From Candidatus Xenobia bacterium (GTDB lineage: Bacteria; Vulcanimicrobiota; Xenobia; Xenobiales; QWHO01), in NCBI GenBank assembly GCA_045863235.1, contig BTUM01000003.1, positions 152,861 through 216,860 of the forward strand: DNA of 64,000 nucleotides, read 5' to 3'. Positions 31,396-41,901 of the stretch are shown in pieces. Both the position numbers and the translations under genes were made by a program. Below the pieces are notes generated by a model that saw nothing but the letters and a program-made list of their open reading frames with translations, was not told where the DNA came from and made no database searches. The number at the start of each line of letters is the position of its first letter. Position 1 is the stretch's first letter.

Positions 31396-32733
31396 TCACC
31401 TCGACAGAAAGCGCATCTCGATGGGCGTGCCCACCAGCCCGAAGGCGTCGCGCAACTGGTTTTCCAGATAGCGACGGTAGGAGAAGTGGACCAGCTTTCC
31501 CGAGTTGCACTTGAATGCGAAAACGGGAGGCCGAACTCCTCTCTGGGAGACGTAGAGAACTTTGAGGGAGCGTCCCTTGTAGCTGGGAGGCGGCCTGAGC
31601 GCCATGGCCTCGCGCACCACCCGGTTCAGAGTAGGCGTATCCAGCCGGCGGGCCCGCTCGTCGGCCACCTCCATGGCGGCCGGCAGGATGTCGTCGCAAT
31701 TGAAGCCGGTCAGAGCGGAGACGTAGAGCACAGGGGAGTAGCTGATGAACTCCAGCTCGCCCACCAGCTTCTCGGAGAAGCGACGCTGCTTCTCGGCGAT
31801 GGCCCCGGGTTTCATTCCGGCCGTGAGCCGATCCCACTTGTTGACCACGATCACCGAGCCCACGCCCTCCTTGCGGATGTAGCCGGCTACCCGCTTGTCC
31901 TGGGCCACCACCCCCTGCTCGGCATCCACCACCAGCAGGGCCACGTCCGAGCGCTTGAGGGCTTTGAGGGCGCGCACGGTGCTGAAATACTCCACCTCTT
32001 CCTCGACCAGAGCTTTGCGACGGATACCGGCCGTGTCCACCAGGCGCAGCTGGCGTCCCTCATACTCGAGCATGGTATCGATGGCGTCTCGGGTCGTGCC
32101 GGCCACATCGTGGACCAGGCTGCGATCTTCGCCGATCAGGCGGTTCAAGAGAGAGGACTTGCCGACATTGGGACGCCCCACCAGCACCAGGCGGGTCTCC
32201 TCGGGCTCCTCCTGGGGCTCGAACTCGCCGAGTTGCTCGAGGATGTGGTCGAGCAGGTCGCCCGAGTGGGTGCCGTGCGAGGCCGAGACCGGCCACGGAT
32301 CGCCCAGGCCCAGCTCATAGAACTGGTAGCTCTCGTCCACCACCCTCTGGTTCTCGGCCTTGTTGACCACCAGCACCACCGGCCTCTTGGACCGGCGCAG
32401 CAGCTCGGCCACCTCGGTGTCCAGCGGGTGCACCCCGGTCTGGCCGTCCACCACCAGCAGGATCAGAGCCGCCTCTTCCAACGCCTGGCGGGCCTGATCG
32501 AAGACGCGATTGCGCAGCTCGTCGGTGTCGAAGGGGTCGATGCCGCCTGTGTCCACAAGGGTGAAGGTCTTGCCGTTCCAGACACAGGGTACGTAGAGAC
32601 GATCGCGGGTGACCCCGGGCTCGTCGGCCACGATGGCGGCGCGTCGAGCGGCCAGGCGGTTGAACAGCGAGGACTTGCCGACGTTGGGGCGGCCCACGAT
32701 GGCCACCACCGGACCGACTACGGGGTTCGACAT
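31396..32733 (-). CDS. der: Ribosome biogenesis GTPase Der/EngA
   Basis: Two GRPNVGKSS GTPase domains plus KH-like domain (YRRYLENQLR). Confidence 0.97.
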   Translation of the reverse strand: MSNPVVGPVVAIVGRPNVGKSSLFNRLAARRAAIVADEPGVTRDRLYVPCVWNGKTFTLVDTGGIDPFDTDELRNRVFDQARQALEEAALILLVVDGQTGVHPLDTEVAELLRRSKRPVVLVVNKAENQRVVDESYQFYELGLGDPWPVSASHGTHSGDLLDHILEQLGEFEPQEEPEETRLVLVGRPNVGKSSLLNRLIGEDRSLVHDVAGTTRDAIDTMLEYEGRQLRLVDTAGIRRKALVEEEVEYFSTVRALKALKRSDVALLVVDAEQGVVAQDKRVAGYIRKEGVGSVIVVNKWDRLTAGMKPGAIAEKQRRFSEKLVGELEFISYSPVLYVSALTGFNCDDILPAAMEVADERARRLDTPTLNRVVREAMALRPPPSYKGRSLKVLYVSQRGVRPPVFAFKCNSGKLVHFSYRRYLENQLRDAFGLVGTPIEMRFLSR

Positions 32734-34175
32734 GAAGAACGGGCCGCGTGGACCGGAAAATCGATGATCTCGATGGGCATGGGAGGCTCCTGCGGGCGCA
32801 ACTCGTGCCACGAGACGCGCCCGAACAAGTTGTCGAGCCATTCGGGACAGTAGGATCCACCCACCACGAAGGGCACCCGAAAGTGATCCGCCAGGGCCTG
32901 CATGGGAACGTCGTCCAGAAAGAGCTCGCTGGCCTCCTTGCGACCCGGGTTGAAGACGGCCGCATCCTTGAGGGCGGCCCCCGGCACCATGACGCGGGTG
33001 CCGGGCCGGGACAAGAAGGCGCGCTCAGCTTCAAGCGTGGCCAGGATATCCCTGCCGGCCAGCAGGCCGGCGCACTTGACGCTGCGACCGAAGAACTCGT
33101 TGGGAACGCCCACCAGCTTGACAGTCAGGTTGTCCACCCGGCGGTGCAGCTCCTCGATCAGGGGAGGAAAGATCTTCAGGCCGTACTCACCGGTGATCAT
33201 TAGCCAGCTGAGGGGTTGCTCGAGGCGACGAAAGAAACGCTTGCGACGGTTGAAGTCGAGCAGAAAGCGACGCACCAGGCCAACCCCGTTCTCGATCTGG
33301 GGATAGTCGAGGTAGTGCGAGTGAGGCGGCTGGGGAAGATCGGCGATCAGGTACATTTCATCGGCCAGGAAGGCCACCGGATGACCGAAGCGCTCGCGGT
33401 TGCGCTGCTGGTGCCGGCCGACCTGCTCGATCAGGTGAGGGACCATCTCGGGGGTCACCAACCGCAGATGAGGCAGGTGGTCGCGGAAGCGGGTCAGCCC
33501 CACCGGCACGACCGAGACGGTTTCGACGCCCGGATACAGGTCGGCCAGATCCGCCAGGCTCTGGTCGAGCACGGCCCCGTCGTTCAGGCCCGGACAGAGC
33601 ACGATCTGGGTGTGCACGGTGATGCCCCGATCGATCAGGCGGCGCAGCGCCCCCAGGATGTCCATGTGGGAGCGCGTGGTACGACCGAGCATCATGTCGC
33701 GCACTTCCGGGTCGGTGGCGTGGACGCTGACGTAAAGAGGGCTCACGCGCTGGCGCTCGATGCGCTCCCACTCCTGATCGCTGAGATTGGTCAGAGTGAT
33801 GAAGTTGCCGTGCAGGGCCGAGAGGCGGAAGTCGTCGTCGCGGTAATAGAGCGACGGCCGCATGAACTTGGGCATCTGGTCCATGAAGCAGAAGACGCAC
33901 TTGTTGCGACAGGTCTTGACCCGGTCGAACAGGGTGTCGCTGAAGTCCAGCCCCAGCGGCTCTTCCTCGGACTTGTCCAGCACCGACTCGAAGATCTGCT
34001 CGCCCCGCTTGATCTTGAGAGAGATCTTGCCCCAGGCGGCCTGGTCGAGCACGTCCATCAGGTCGGCCGGCCTGCGTCCGTTGACGGTCAGGAGCTCATC
34101 GCCGGGCAAAAGGCCAGCCGCCGCGGCCGGGCCATCGGGATCGACGGCGGTGACGATGGCGCCTTTGGGGCCCAT
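32718..34175 (-). CDS. PDZ + radical SAM-like DUF512 protein
   Basis: N-terminal PDZ; CRNKCVFCF; YPQIENGVG. Confidence 0.88.
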   Translation of the reverse strand: MGPKGAIVTAVDPDGPAAAAGLLPGDELLTVNGRRPADLMDVLDQAAWGKISLKIKRGEQIFESVLDKSEEEPLGLDFSDTLFDRVKTCRNKCVFCFMDQMPKFMRPSLYYRDDDFRLSALHGNFITLTNLSDQEWERIERQRVSPLYVSVHATDPEVRDMMLGRTTRSHMDILGALRRLIDRGITVHTQIVLCPGLNDGAVLDQSLADLADLYPGVETVSVVPVGLTRFRDHLPHLRLVTPEMVPHLIEQVGRHQQRNRERFGHPVAFLADEMYLIADLPQPPHSHYLDYPQIENGVGLVRRFLLDFNRRKRFFRRLEQPLSWLMITGEYGLKIFPPLIEELHRRVDNLTVKLVGVPNEFFGRSVKCAGLLAGRDILATLEAERAFLSRPGTRVMVPGAALKDAAVFNPGRKEASELFLDDVPMQALADHFRVPFVVGGSYCPEWLDNLFGRVSWHELRPQEPPMPIEIIDFPVHAARSSCRTP

Positions 34176-34846
34176 CAGACGCGACTGCTGGCCAGGGCGA
34201 CGATGCGGTCGGTGACTTCCTGGGGGGTCATGGAGGTCGAGTCGATGGCCACCGCGTCGGGGGCCTGGCACAGAGGCGAATCCTCGCGCGACGTGTCGAT
34301 GCGGTCGCGCTCGACCAGGTCGGCCTCCAGCTCACCGAGCTCGGGGGCCGTCGAGCCCAGCTCCAGATGCCGACGACGCGCCCTCTCTGGCACGGAGGCG
34401 GTCAGGTAGATTTTAACCTGGGCCCCGGGCAGCACCACCGTGCCGATGTCGCGACCGGCCATCACCACCCCGCCCTCGGCGGCCATCTCCTTTTGCATGC
34501 GCACCAGCTCTCGACGCACAGCCGGAATCTGGGCCACCAGGGCCACCTTGCGGCTGACCTCGGGAGTGTGGAGATAGGCGCTCAAATCGTCGCCCCCGCC
34601 CAGAAAGAGACGATAGCCCACGGGCGCGGCAGGGTCGGGCACGAGCCGCATGCTGAGCCGGCTGGCCAGACCGGCCACGGCGCGCTCATCGAGAAGGTCC
34701 AGGCCTTCCTGCAGCGCCTGGTAAGTGACGGCCCGGTACATGGCGCCAGTCTCCAGATACACCAGCCCCAGTTCGGCGGCCACCAGACGAGCCACGGTGG
34801 TCTTACCGCTGGCAGCTACCCCGTCGATTGCGATGTTGATCTTCAC
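34175..34846 (-). CDS. cmk: Cytidylate kinase
   Basis: IAIDGVAASGKTT, TGAMYR, GRDIGTVVLP. Confidence 0.95.
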   Translation of the reverse strand: MKINIAIDGVAASGKTTVARLVAAELGLVYLETGAMYRAVTYQALQEGLDLLDERAVAGLASRLSMRLVPDPAAPVGYRLFLGGGDDLSAYLHTPEVSRKVALVAQIPAVRRELVRMQKEMAAEGGVVMAGRDIGTVVLPGAQVKIYLTASVPERARRRHLELGSTAPELGELEADLVERDRIDTSREDSPLCQAPDAVAIDSTSMTPQEVTDRIVALASSRV

Positions 34847-34852
34847 GAGCCC

Positions 34853-36184
34853 TCAAAAATCGAAGTAGAATCGCCCTCCCGGGCGGGCCACGACGAGAGT
34901 GTAGTTATCCAGATAGCGCTTGGCAACCTGCTGAATCTCGGTCGGGGTCACCGATTCCACGTTCTTGATAAAGTTGACGTCGAACTCGTAGCCCACCCCG
35001 ATCACTTCCGCGATGGCCAGGTGGTAAGCCCGACCGGTATTGGTCTCGCGCTCGAGCAGGTAGTTACCGATCAGCTTGCGACGGCTCGCATCCAGCTCGC
35101 TGGAGCCGACCCCGTGCTCTTTCAGGCGATCGATCTCGCGGAATATCTGGCTGCGGGCCGCTCCCACCTGGTTGGGGCGAGTGATGGTGTAGGTCAGCAT
35201 GTGTGAAGGGCCCAGCAAAGTGGGATAGACCGCACCCAATTCGTAAGCCAGACCGCGCTTCTCGCGGATCTCGGTGAACAGGCGCGAGGAGAGCCCGTCA
35301 CCCATCAGGGCGTGGATCAGCTTCATGGCCACGTAGTCGCGCGAGCTGACGTTGGGAGCCGGGTAGCCCAGGAAGACCCAGGCGATGGAGGAGTTGGCCG
35401 ACAAGAAGATCTCCTTCTCGGAGGCTTTCGGCTCCCAGGCGATGTCCAGGGTCTTGAGCTCGACCGGCTTGAGGGCTGCAAACTCCCTGCGGGCCATGTC
35501 GGTGATCAAGGACCGGTTGACCCGGCCAGCCACGCTGACCACGGTGCGATTGGAGGCAAAGTGCTCCTTGAAGAACTTGCTGACGGTCGCTGCGTCGGTT
35601 CGCGAGACCGAGCTCTCGGTACCGTGCTGGTTGTTCTTGTAAGGGTGGTAGCGATAGAAGTTCTGGCAAAAGATATCGTAGAGCTGCGTGAAGGCACCCT
35701 GATCCCCGCGCAGCTGGCCCAGAATCTCATCCTTGGCCTCGCTCACCTCAGCCTCGGTGAACGTGGTGTTGCGCAAGGCGGCTGCGATGCGACCCAGCAT
35801 GCGCGGGAACTGGGCACTGGTCGTCACCAGGCTGATGCGGGCGTAGTCGGGCTCGCTGGACGTGTTGAGGACGCTGCCGGTGACCTCGATGACATCCTCG
35901 CCCTTCTCGTTGCTGATGCGGTCGCGCAGGATACGCAGGATCAGGTGGGTGATGCCGCTGTTCTGATTGGTCTCATCGGTCAGGCCGACCCTCACAAGCA
36001 CCTCGAGGGCCACGATGTCCTCGCCAGGTGACTCGCTGACCAGCACCACCAGACCGTTCGGCAGGATGACCCTGCCGACCGGGCTGTGGCGGGCCGCCAT
36101 GACATTGTGGGTGGGCGGTGGCTGGGCCTCCGTCGGGAAGGTCACCACCAGGGCCAGCAGGCAGGCCAGCAGGATGGATTTCAC
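34853..36184 (-). CDS. M16 peptidase, non-catalytic subunit
   Basis: LPNGL, SSRLFTEIREKRGLAY; HxxEH replaced by HLILR. Confidence 0.88.
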   Translation of the reverse strand: MKSILLACLLALVVTFPTEAQPPPTHNVMAARHSPVGRVILPNGLVVLVSESPGEDIVALEVLVRVGLTDETNQNSGITHLILRILRDRISNEKGEDVIEVTGSVLNTSSEPDYARISLVTTSAQFPRMLGRIAAALRNTTFTEAEVSEAKDEILGQLRGDQGAFTQLYDIFCQNFYRYHPYKNNQHGTESSVSRTDAATVSKFFKEHFASNRTVVSVAGRVNRSLITDMARREFAALKPVELKTLDIAWEPKASEKEIFLSANSSIAWVFLGYPAPNVSSRDYVAMKLIHALMGDGLSSRLFTEIREKRGLAYELGAVYPTLLGPSHMLTYTITRPNQVGAARSQIFREIDRLKEHGVGSSELDASRRKLIGNYLLERETNTGRAYHLAIAEVIGVGYEFDVNFIKNVESVTPTEIQQVAKRYLDNYTLVVARPGGRFYFDF

Positions 36185-37512
36185 TGGTTGTCCCCCTCTT
36201 CGACCGGCCCGGCCCCACCCGGCTTGGCAACCAGGCTATAAAATCCGGGCGTAAAGTACTTGTTGGCGCAACGCATCACGCCCTGACGGTCGACTTTCTT
36301 GACCTCCTCGAGGTATTTCACCGCGAAGTCCATCTTGTCGATGCTCTCGTAGAAGCCCAGGCTGTCGGCCTTGCCCGAGTTGGTCTCGTTGCCGAAGGTG
36401 TAGGTGTTGGTCAGCAAGACCTTGGCCCGACGCAGCTCGGCGTCGGTGAAGTCTCCCTTCTTGATACGCTCGATGGTGGCCAGCATGCCTTCCTTGACTT
36501 TGGACTCGTCGCCGCCATCGCCCACCGCCACAGCGATGATCAGCCCGGGCTCGCGCTGGGTCAGGAAGTCGACGCTGGTCGAGTCGGCCAGTTTCTTGTC
36601 AACCAGGGCTCGGTTCAGCATCGAGCCCCGGCCCATCCCCAGCAAGAAGGTCATCACGTCGGCCTGATAGATGTCGGGACGGTCGCGAACCGAGGGTCCC
36701 CGAAAGGCCAGCAGCACGTAGGCTTTGTTCAGGGTGTTGCCCTCGACGACGGCCACTTCTTCGGCGGGCCAGGGGGGCAGCACGAACTGGGGGTCGCCTG
36801 CATCGGCGCCACCAAAGTCGCTGAACAGGCGCTTGATGTGGGGACGGAGCTCATCGGCCCGCACGTCCCCCACCACGATCAGGCTGGTGCGTGAGGGCAC
36901 ATAGAACTTCTGCTTGAAAGCCACGAAGTCGGGCCGATTGAAACGCTGCAGGTTCTCGATCGGACCCATGACCGAGCGCTGGTAAGGGTGACCCGAGAAC
37001 GCCATGTTGAAGATTTTCTCGTAGAACTGCCGGGTGGGACTGGCCATGCCGATGCGGTATTCCTCAAGCACAGCTTCGCGCTCGAGATCGGCGCCTTCGG
37101 GCTTGAGCTCGGCGTTCTTGAGGGCATCAGCCAGCAACTCCAAACCCTGCGGGGCATACTGAGCAGGCAGGTTGATGTAGTAGTGGGTGAAATCGCGCCC
37201 GGTGTTAGCGTTTGTGGTGCCGCCCAGAGCCTCGATGGCGCGCTTGAACTGCCAGCCGGTGCGGGTGGGGGTGCCCCGAAAGAACATGTGCTCGTAAAAG
37301 TGTGAGAGCCCATTGGTCTCGGGGGTCTCATACAGCCCCCCGGCTCGTACGAAAATGTTCAGCGAGACCGTGGGGGAGCCGTGCGACTCCTTGATGATGA
37401 CCGACATCCCGTTGGGCAGCACCTCGCGGCTGGTACCCTCGATGCCGAAAACCGGAATGGCCAGCAGCAACAGCAAGATCGCCGCCAGGGCACGTTTGTG
37501 ACGCAAGCTCAT
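36181..37512 (-). CDS. M16 peptidase, catalytic subunit
   Basis: Signal peptide; HFYEHMFFRG. Confidence 0.9.
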   Translation of the reverse strand: MSLRHKRALAAILLLLLAIPVFGIEGTSREVLPNGMSVIIKESHGSPTVSLNIFVRAGGLYETPETNGLSHFYEHMFFRGTPTRTGWQFKRAIEALGGTTNANTGRDFTHYYINLPAQYAPQGLELLADALKNAELKPEGADLEREAVLEEYRIGMASPTRQFYEKIFNMAFSGHPYQRSVMGPIENLQRFNRPDFVAFKQKFYVPSRTSLIVVGDVRADELRPHIKRLFSDFGGADAGDPQFVLPPWPAEEVAVVEGNTLNKAYVLLAFRGPSVRDRPDIYQADVMTFLLGMGRGSMLNRALVDKKLADSTSVDFLTQREPGLIIAVAVGDGGDESKVKEGMLATIERIKKGDFTDAELRRAKVLLTNTYTFGNETNSGKADSLGFYESIDKMDFAVKYLEEVKKVDRQGVMRCANKYFTPGFYSLVAKPGGAGPVEEGDNQ

Positions 37513-37639
37513 AGGATTTGAAAAACCTTCCTCGTGGAGAGAGACATCGACCGGGCCGAAAAGGTTCCCGGGCTAAGAGGAATTTCTCTTCTCAGGGCTC
37601 GGAGCCTGCCGAACGCGGAACTTATGCTATGATCGAGGA

Positions 37640-39274
37640 ATGAGACGGCGAGGAATCGGACTGGGAATCACCCTGGTCGTGGTGGCCCTGGTGTTCACGC
37701 TGGGGATGGTGGTGGCCAGCGCCAGCGTCAGCCACCTCAGCCTCATGACCCGAACGGCCAACGCTGCCCGGGCCGACGATCTGGCCCGCTCGGCCCTGGC
37801 CCTGGCGGTAGAAAAGCTGTTCAACGACCAGCGTTTTGGAACCCGGTCGGGGGAGGACGAGACCGTGACCGTGAGTCTGCCTTTCGCTCCCGAAGGCAGC
37901 CAGGGGATGGTCAGCTTCGAGCCCGGCAAGGGTGTGCCGGTCTCGCTGAACAACCTGCTCGGAAGCGAGTCGACGGTGGGCTCGGGGGGGCAGGTCGTGC
38001 CGCTGCAGTCAGCCCACCTGGTGGCCGTGGGCAATTGCCGGGGGGTGACCAGAACCGTGGAGGCAGTGCTGCATCTGCCTCCCTTTCCTTACGCGGTCGC
38101 CTCGGCCGGGCCGGTCCACAGCGGTGGAGGGCTCGAGGTGGGAGCGGTGGGAGCCGGGCTCAGCTCCGCCAGCGGGATCTCCGAGCTCAAGCCGGCTCAC
38201 CTGTTGACCAACGCCACCGGCTCCTCGGCCCTCACCCTCGGCCCCCGCACCACCATCAAGGGGGACTTGCTCTCGAGCGGAGGCATCCGGCTCGATCCCT
38301 CGGGCGGAACAAAAGTCGAGGGGCAGGTCCTCCCCGATCAGGAGCCGCGAACCATTCCCCGGCTTCGCCTGGAGGATTACGATCCCGAAGCCCTCGACAA
38401 GCCCTACGTGGAGCTCGCTTCCGGCTTTGATCAGGACACCGAGCTGACCGGCTCGATGAAGCGGGAAGGCGACTTTCGGGTAGACGGCGACCTCAAGCTT
38501 CGCGGAGCCCTGATCTATGTCGAGGGCGACGTGGAGGTGACCGGCGCGCTGACCGGCTCGGGCCTGCTGGTGACCACCGGCAAGCTGAAGGTGGGAGGCC
38601 AGACCCGAATGGTCAGCTCCGACCGCATGGCGATCCTCTCCCGAGGCGGAATCGAGCTCGAGGGCAAAGGCAAAGCCAGCTCGAACCTGCGCGGCGTGGT
38701 CTACACCGAGGGGGGCCTGAAGGCCCGCGAGATCCGCCTGGAGGGGACCCTGCTGGCCCAGACCCAGGGCCAGGTGCAGCTGGATGAAACGCGCTTGATT
38801 CAGGATCCGAACGCTTCCCACGTGGAGATCACCCTGACCCAGCCGGATAGCTTCAACCTCTTCCTCGACGAGTCGGGGATCCACAATTCCCCACCTCCCG
38901 GCTCGTTTGTCCAGCTCAACATCAGCATGACGAGCAAGGGCCCGCACGTTGCGACCAGCTTCAGCGGGGCAGGCATCGTACTATTAGGTCCCGGTGCCGG
39001 CAGCTACGCTGACCCCGCGACCGGGCTGCCGACATTTCCCCAGAGTTTTCCCTTTGACGCCAAAGCGGGTGACCTGGTGAGCCATTACATGGCCCTGTGC
39101 GGGTTCAAGATCAGCCCTGACTCTCGGCTGATTGCCAAAGCCATCCAGGACGGGCTGGACAAGCTCCAGCCGGCGCCGGGAACCACTTCCGAGCCCGAGG
39201 TGATCACCGTCGACCCCAGCGCCATCCTGCCCGTCTCCGAGCGGGCCCGGGTGATCCTGTGGAAGCCTCAGTAG
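37640..39274 (+). CDS. PilX/GspK-like minor pilin with beta-rich C-terminal region
   Basis: MRRRG|IGLGITLVVVALV; ARADDLARSALALA. Confidence 0.7.
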   Translation: MRRRGIGLGITLVVVALVFTLGMVVASASVSHLSLMTRTANAARADDLARSALALAVEKLFNDQRFGTRSGEDETVTVSLPFAPEGSQGMVSFEPGKGVPVSLNNLLGSESTVGSGGQVVPLQSAHLVAVGNCRGVTRTVEAVLHLPPFPYAVASAGPVHSGGGLEVGAVGAGLSSASGISELKPAHLLTNATGSSALTLGPRTTIKGDLLSSGGIRLDPSGGTKVEGQVLPDQEPRTIPRLRLEDYDPEALDKPYVELASGFDQDTELTGSMKREGDFRVDGDLKLRGALIYVEGDVEVTGALTGSGLLVTTGKLKVGGQTRMVSSDRMAILSRGGIELEGKGKASSNLRGVVYTEGGLKAREIRLEGTLLAQTQGQVQLDETRLIQDPNASHVEITLTQPDSFNLFLDESGIHNSPPPGSFVQLNISMTSKGPHVATSFSGAGIVLLGPGAGSYADPATGLPTFPQSFPFDAKAGDLVSHYMALCGFKISPDSRLIAKAIQDGLDKLQPAPGTTSEPEVITVDPSAILPVSERARVILWKPQ

Positions 39275-40002
39275 TCCTGGTTGCGCAGGTAGACAGTCCG
39301 ATCAAGACCAAAGCGCTCGGGCCGCTTGCCATCGGGTGAAGGGGCCTGCAGGGCAAGGTGGATGGCGATGGCCGTGGGTCGCAATGTCAACTCGAGCTCG
39401 CTGACCTGAGGCGCCACCACCCTCGCGCCTCCCCCTCCCAGCAGGGCAGCCGGATCGGCCGGCAGGCTCACCCGACTCCGGGAGACCGGCCCATGGGCCC
39501 GGTGGCGCAAGACCTGATCGCGCGGGCTCCACCAGTAGAGGTCCACCTGGTCGGAGTAAATCTGGCTTCCATCCCCGCCCACATCCACCAGCCGGTGCAG
39601 AGCCAGAATCACCGGGTCGCCAGGCAGGTAGGCGATGCCTCCCGGGGCGGCCATCTCCAGGTCGCGGGCCAGGCGCTGCACAGTCAGGCTTGCCAGTTGC
39701 TGCAGCTCGACCTGCTGGGCTCCTCGCACACTGCCTTTGCCCATGGGCACGAGGATCTGCACCACCAGCGCCAGGAGCAAGAGCAACAAGCTGGCGGCCA
39801 TCATGATCTCCAGCAGGCTAAAGCCTCGTCTCCCGCGCGGCGTCTTAGAAGTCCGGCCGCAAACCCCCATGTGGTGTCGGAGGGAACCTCCGCCATCACA
39901 AGATGTTGTAGGCGCCCGGACTTCTAGCACAATGTGTTGGGCGTCGCGCAGCCGGAAAACCGTGCAAAGGTGGTTTCCGGCTGCGCTCCTAGCGCTGGAC
40001 AT
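39268..40002 (-). CDS. Prepilin-type (PilW/PulJ-like) protein with a 60-aa leader containing an inserted element
   Basis: GRRG|FSLLEIMM; ends VYLRNQDY. Confidence 0.75.
   Translation of the reverse strand: MSSARSAAGNHLCTVFRLRDAQHIVLEVRAPTTSCDGGGSLRHHMGVCGRTSKTPRGRRGFSLLEIMMAASLLLLLLALVVQILVPMGKGSVRGAQQVELQQLASLTVQRLARDLEMAAPGGIAYLPGDPVILALHRLVDVGGDGSQIYSDQVDLYWWSPRDQVLRHRAHGPVSRSRVSLPADPAALLGGGGARVVAPQVSELELTLRPTAIAIHLALQAPSPDGKRPERFGLDRTVYLRNQDY
39845..39986 (-). repeat. attC-like double-hairpin element, copy B
   Basis: GCGCAGCCGGAAA/TTTCCGGCTGCGC hairpin, GCCCAACACATTGT, TAGAAGTCCGG/CCGGACTTCTA hairpin. Confidence 0.75.
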
Positions 40003-40381
40003 CCGTCCTCCACTGCTCGCGAACGACCTCGCGGGCCATTCCCCTGTCCCGCCAGCTCACCCGAACGCGCAGGGCCCGCATGCGGTCGGGATCGATGCCC
40101 GGCTCGGTAACGGCCAGCACCTGCAAGCTGGGCTCGAAGACCGTGCCGCGCCCCTGGACCGTCGGCAGGGGCGCCGCCGGGCCCACCGCCAGCTGGTGAA
40201 AGGGCTTCTCCATCGCCTGCGAGAGAATGCTCTCGGCCAGGGCCTCGGCCTGCATGCGCTGGCCCGACACCCGCACCGAGGCCACCGCGGAGGGGTAGAG
40301 CTGGAAGACCACCAGCACCACCAACAGCAGCACAAAGGTGCTCAAGACGATCTCCGACAGGCTCAGGCCGCGCATTCTCAT
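39989..40381 (-). CDS. Prepilin-type (PilV-like) protein
   Basis: MRMRG|LSLSEIVL; LRVRVSW. Confidence 0.8.
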   Translation of the reverse strand: MRMRGLSLSEIVLSTFVLLLVVLVVFQLYPSAVASVRVSGQRMQAEALAESILSQAMEKPFHQLAVGPAAPLPTVQGRGTVFEPSLQVLAVTEPGIDPDRMRALRVRVSWRDRGMAREVVREQWRTDVQR

Positions 40382-41901
40382 AGGGTCTGGATCAATCTTA
40401 CCAGAGGAAGCATGGTTGCCAGGCAGATCAGCCCGGCAGCCAGTCCCATCCCCATCATCATCAGCGGCTCGAGGGCCGCGCAGGCCATCTCCAACTCGGA
40501 TTCGAGCTCCAGCTCATAGAGGCGAGCCACCCACCCGAGCGTGGCGGGCAACTTGCCCGATTCTTCCCCGGCCGTCAGGAGCGACAGGAAGGGCTGCGGA
40601 AAAAAACCGCTCTGGCGCAGGCTTTCCGTCAGGCTCACCCCTTCCTCGAGAGATTGTCTCACTTCGGGCAAAGACCGCTCGAGAACCGGGTTGGAGGCGA
40701 TCACCCCGGCCGCCGGAACCGCATCCAGCACCGACAGGCCCACCTGCAGTTGCAGGGCCAGTGCCCGGGCGAAGCGAGCGGTGGCAAAGAGCCTCATGGC
40801 GGGGCCGATTCGAGGCATGGACAGGATCCTCCTGAAGAGCCAGAGACGTCCCGCCGGGCTGCGATAAATCTGTCGAAAGGACCACCAGGCCAGGGTCAGG
40901 CCGGCCGCCAGGGCCAGCAGGCCTGGCAGGCTGCCCAGAAAACCTGCCACCGTCACCAGCAGGAGAGTGATGGCGGGGGGCTCCTCTCCCGCGCCGCGCA
41001 AGAGCTCGAGCTGACCCTTGAGGAGAAAGGGTGGCACCAGGATGAGCATGGCGACGCACACCAGGAACAGGCAGACGGGATAGGTCAGGCTGGAGCGAAC
41101 GCGCATCACCACCTCGCGGGTGCGCTCTTCGTAGCCGGCCAGCTGGCGCAGCACCTCCACCAGCCCGCCGGTCTCCTCGGCCACCCGCACCAGCTGCACC
41201 TGCAGCTGGCTGAACGGTCCGGCTCGCCGCATGGCCTCGTAGAGCGGAAACCCGCGAGCCACGTCGGCCTCGAGGGCGCGACAGACCTCCTGCAGCTGCC
41301 GGGTCTCGCCCTGCCCGGCCAGCAGGTGGAGACCCCGGCTCAGGTTCACCCCGGCCGCCAGCAAAGTGGCCAGCGAACGCAAGATCAAGGTGCGCGAGCG
41401 CAGGTCCAATCGCAGCGCCGGTCGGGAGCGGGCCGCACGGGGGTCGACCCGCCCGGTCCTCGGAACCGAAACCGTTCCGCCCAGCCGGCGCTCAAGATCG
41501 CGGGCCAGGTTGGTCATGCGCACCAGGTCGGTGCCCGAGAACGGGCGCAGATCGATGCGCCGATCGGCATACAGCACACCACGTACCCGCCCCTGTCCAT
41601 ACACGGGCACGCAGAGCACCGAGCGGATTTCCGAGAGCATGAGGCTGGAAATGTCCTCCAGACCTGGCTCTTGCTGGGCGTTGGCGCTCAAGAGCGGCTC
41701 TCCGGACTCGTAGACCCTGCGAAACAAAGACAGGCTGACGGGGGCGCTGGTGAAAACCTGGGCCGGGTCCAGCCCGTGGGCCTCCCAGACGGCCAGCTCC
41801 TGCTCTCCCCTCTGGTACAGCAAGAGAGCGCGCTCGGGGCGAATCTGGTTGACCAGCTCTTGCATTCCGGCCTTGAAAACCGGGCCCGGGTCGCTGTTCA
41901 A
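40378..41901 (-). CDS. GAF domain-PilC/GspF fusion protein
   Basis: IRSVLCVPV..GVLYAD GAF, then LATLLAAGV..AEETGGL and AGEESGKL GspF repeats; start TTG41901 or ATG41865. Confidence 0.8.
   Translation of the reverse strand: MNSDPGPVFKAGMQELVNQIRPERALLLYQRGEQELAVWEAHGLDPAQVFTSAPVSLSLFRRVYESGEPLLSANAQQEPGLEDISSLMLSEIRSVLCVPVYGQGRVRGVLYADRRIDLRPFSGTDLVRMTNLARDLERRLGGTVSVPRTGRVDPRAARSRPALRLDLRSRTLILRSLATLLAAGVNLSRGLHLLAGQGETRQLQEVCRALEADVARGFPLYEAMRRAGPFSQLQVQLVRVAEETGGLVEVLRQLAGYEERTREVVMRVRSSLTYPVCLFLVCVAMLILVPPFLLKGQLELLRGAGEEPPAITLLLVTVAGFLGSLPGLLALAAGLTLAWWSFRQIYRSPAGRLWLFRRILSMPRIGPAMRLFATARFARALALQLQVGLSVLDAVPAAGVIASNPVLERSLPEVRQSLEEGVSLTESLRQSGFFPQPFLSLLTAGEESGKLPATLGWVARLYELELESELEMACAALEPLMMMGMGLAAGLICLATMLPLVRLIQTL

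Noticed and set aside
39861..39910. NrdR-box-like pair (CACAAGATGTTGTA)
   Set aside because: No ribonucleotide reductase gene nearby; the sequences lie within element B's stem
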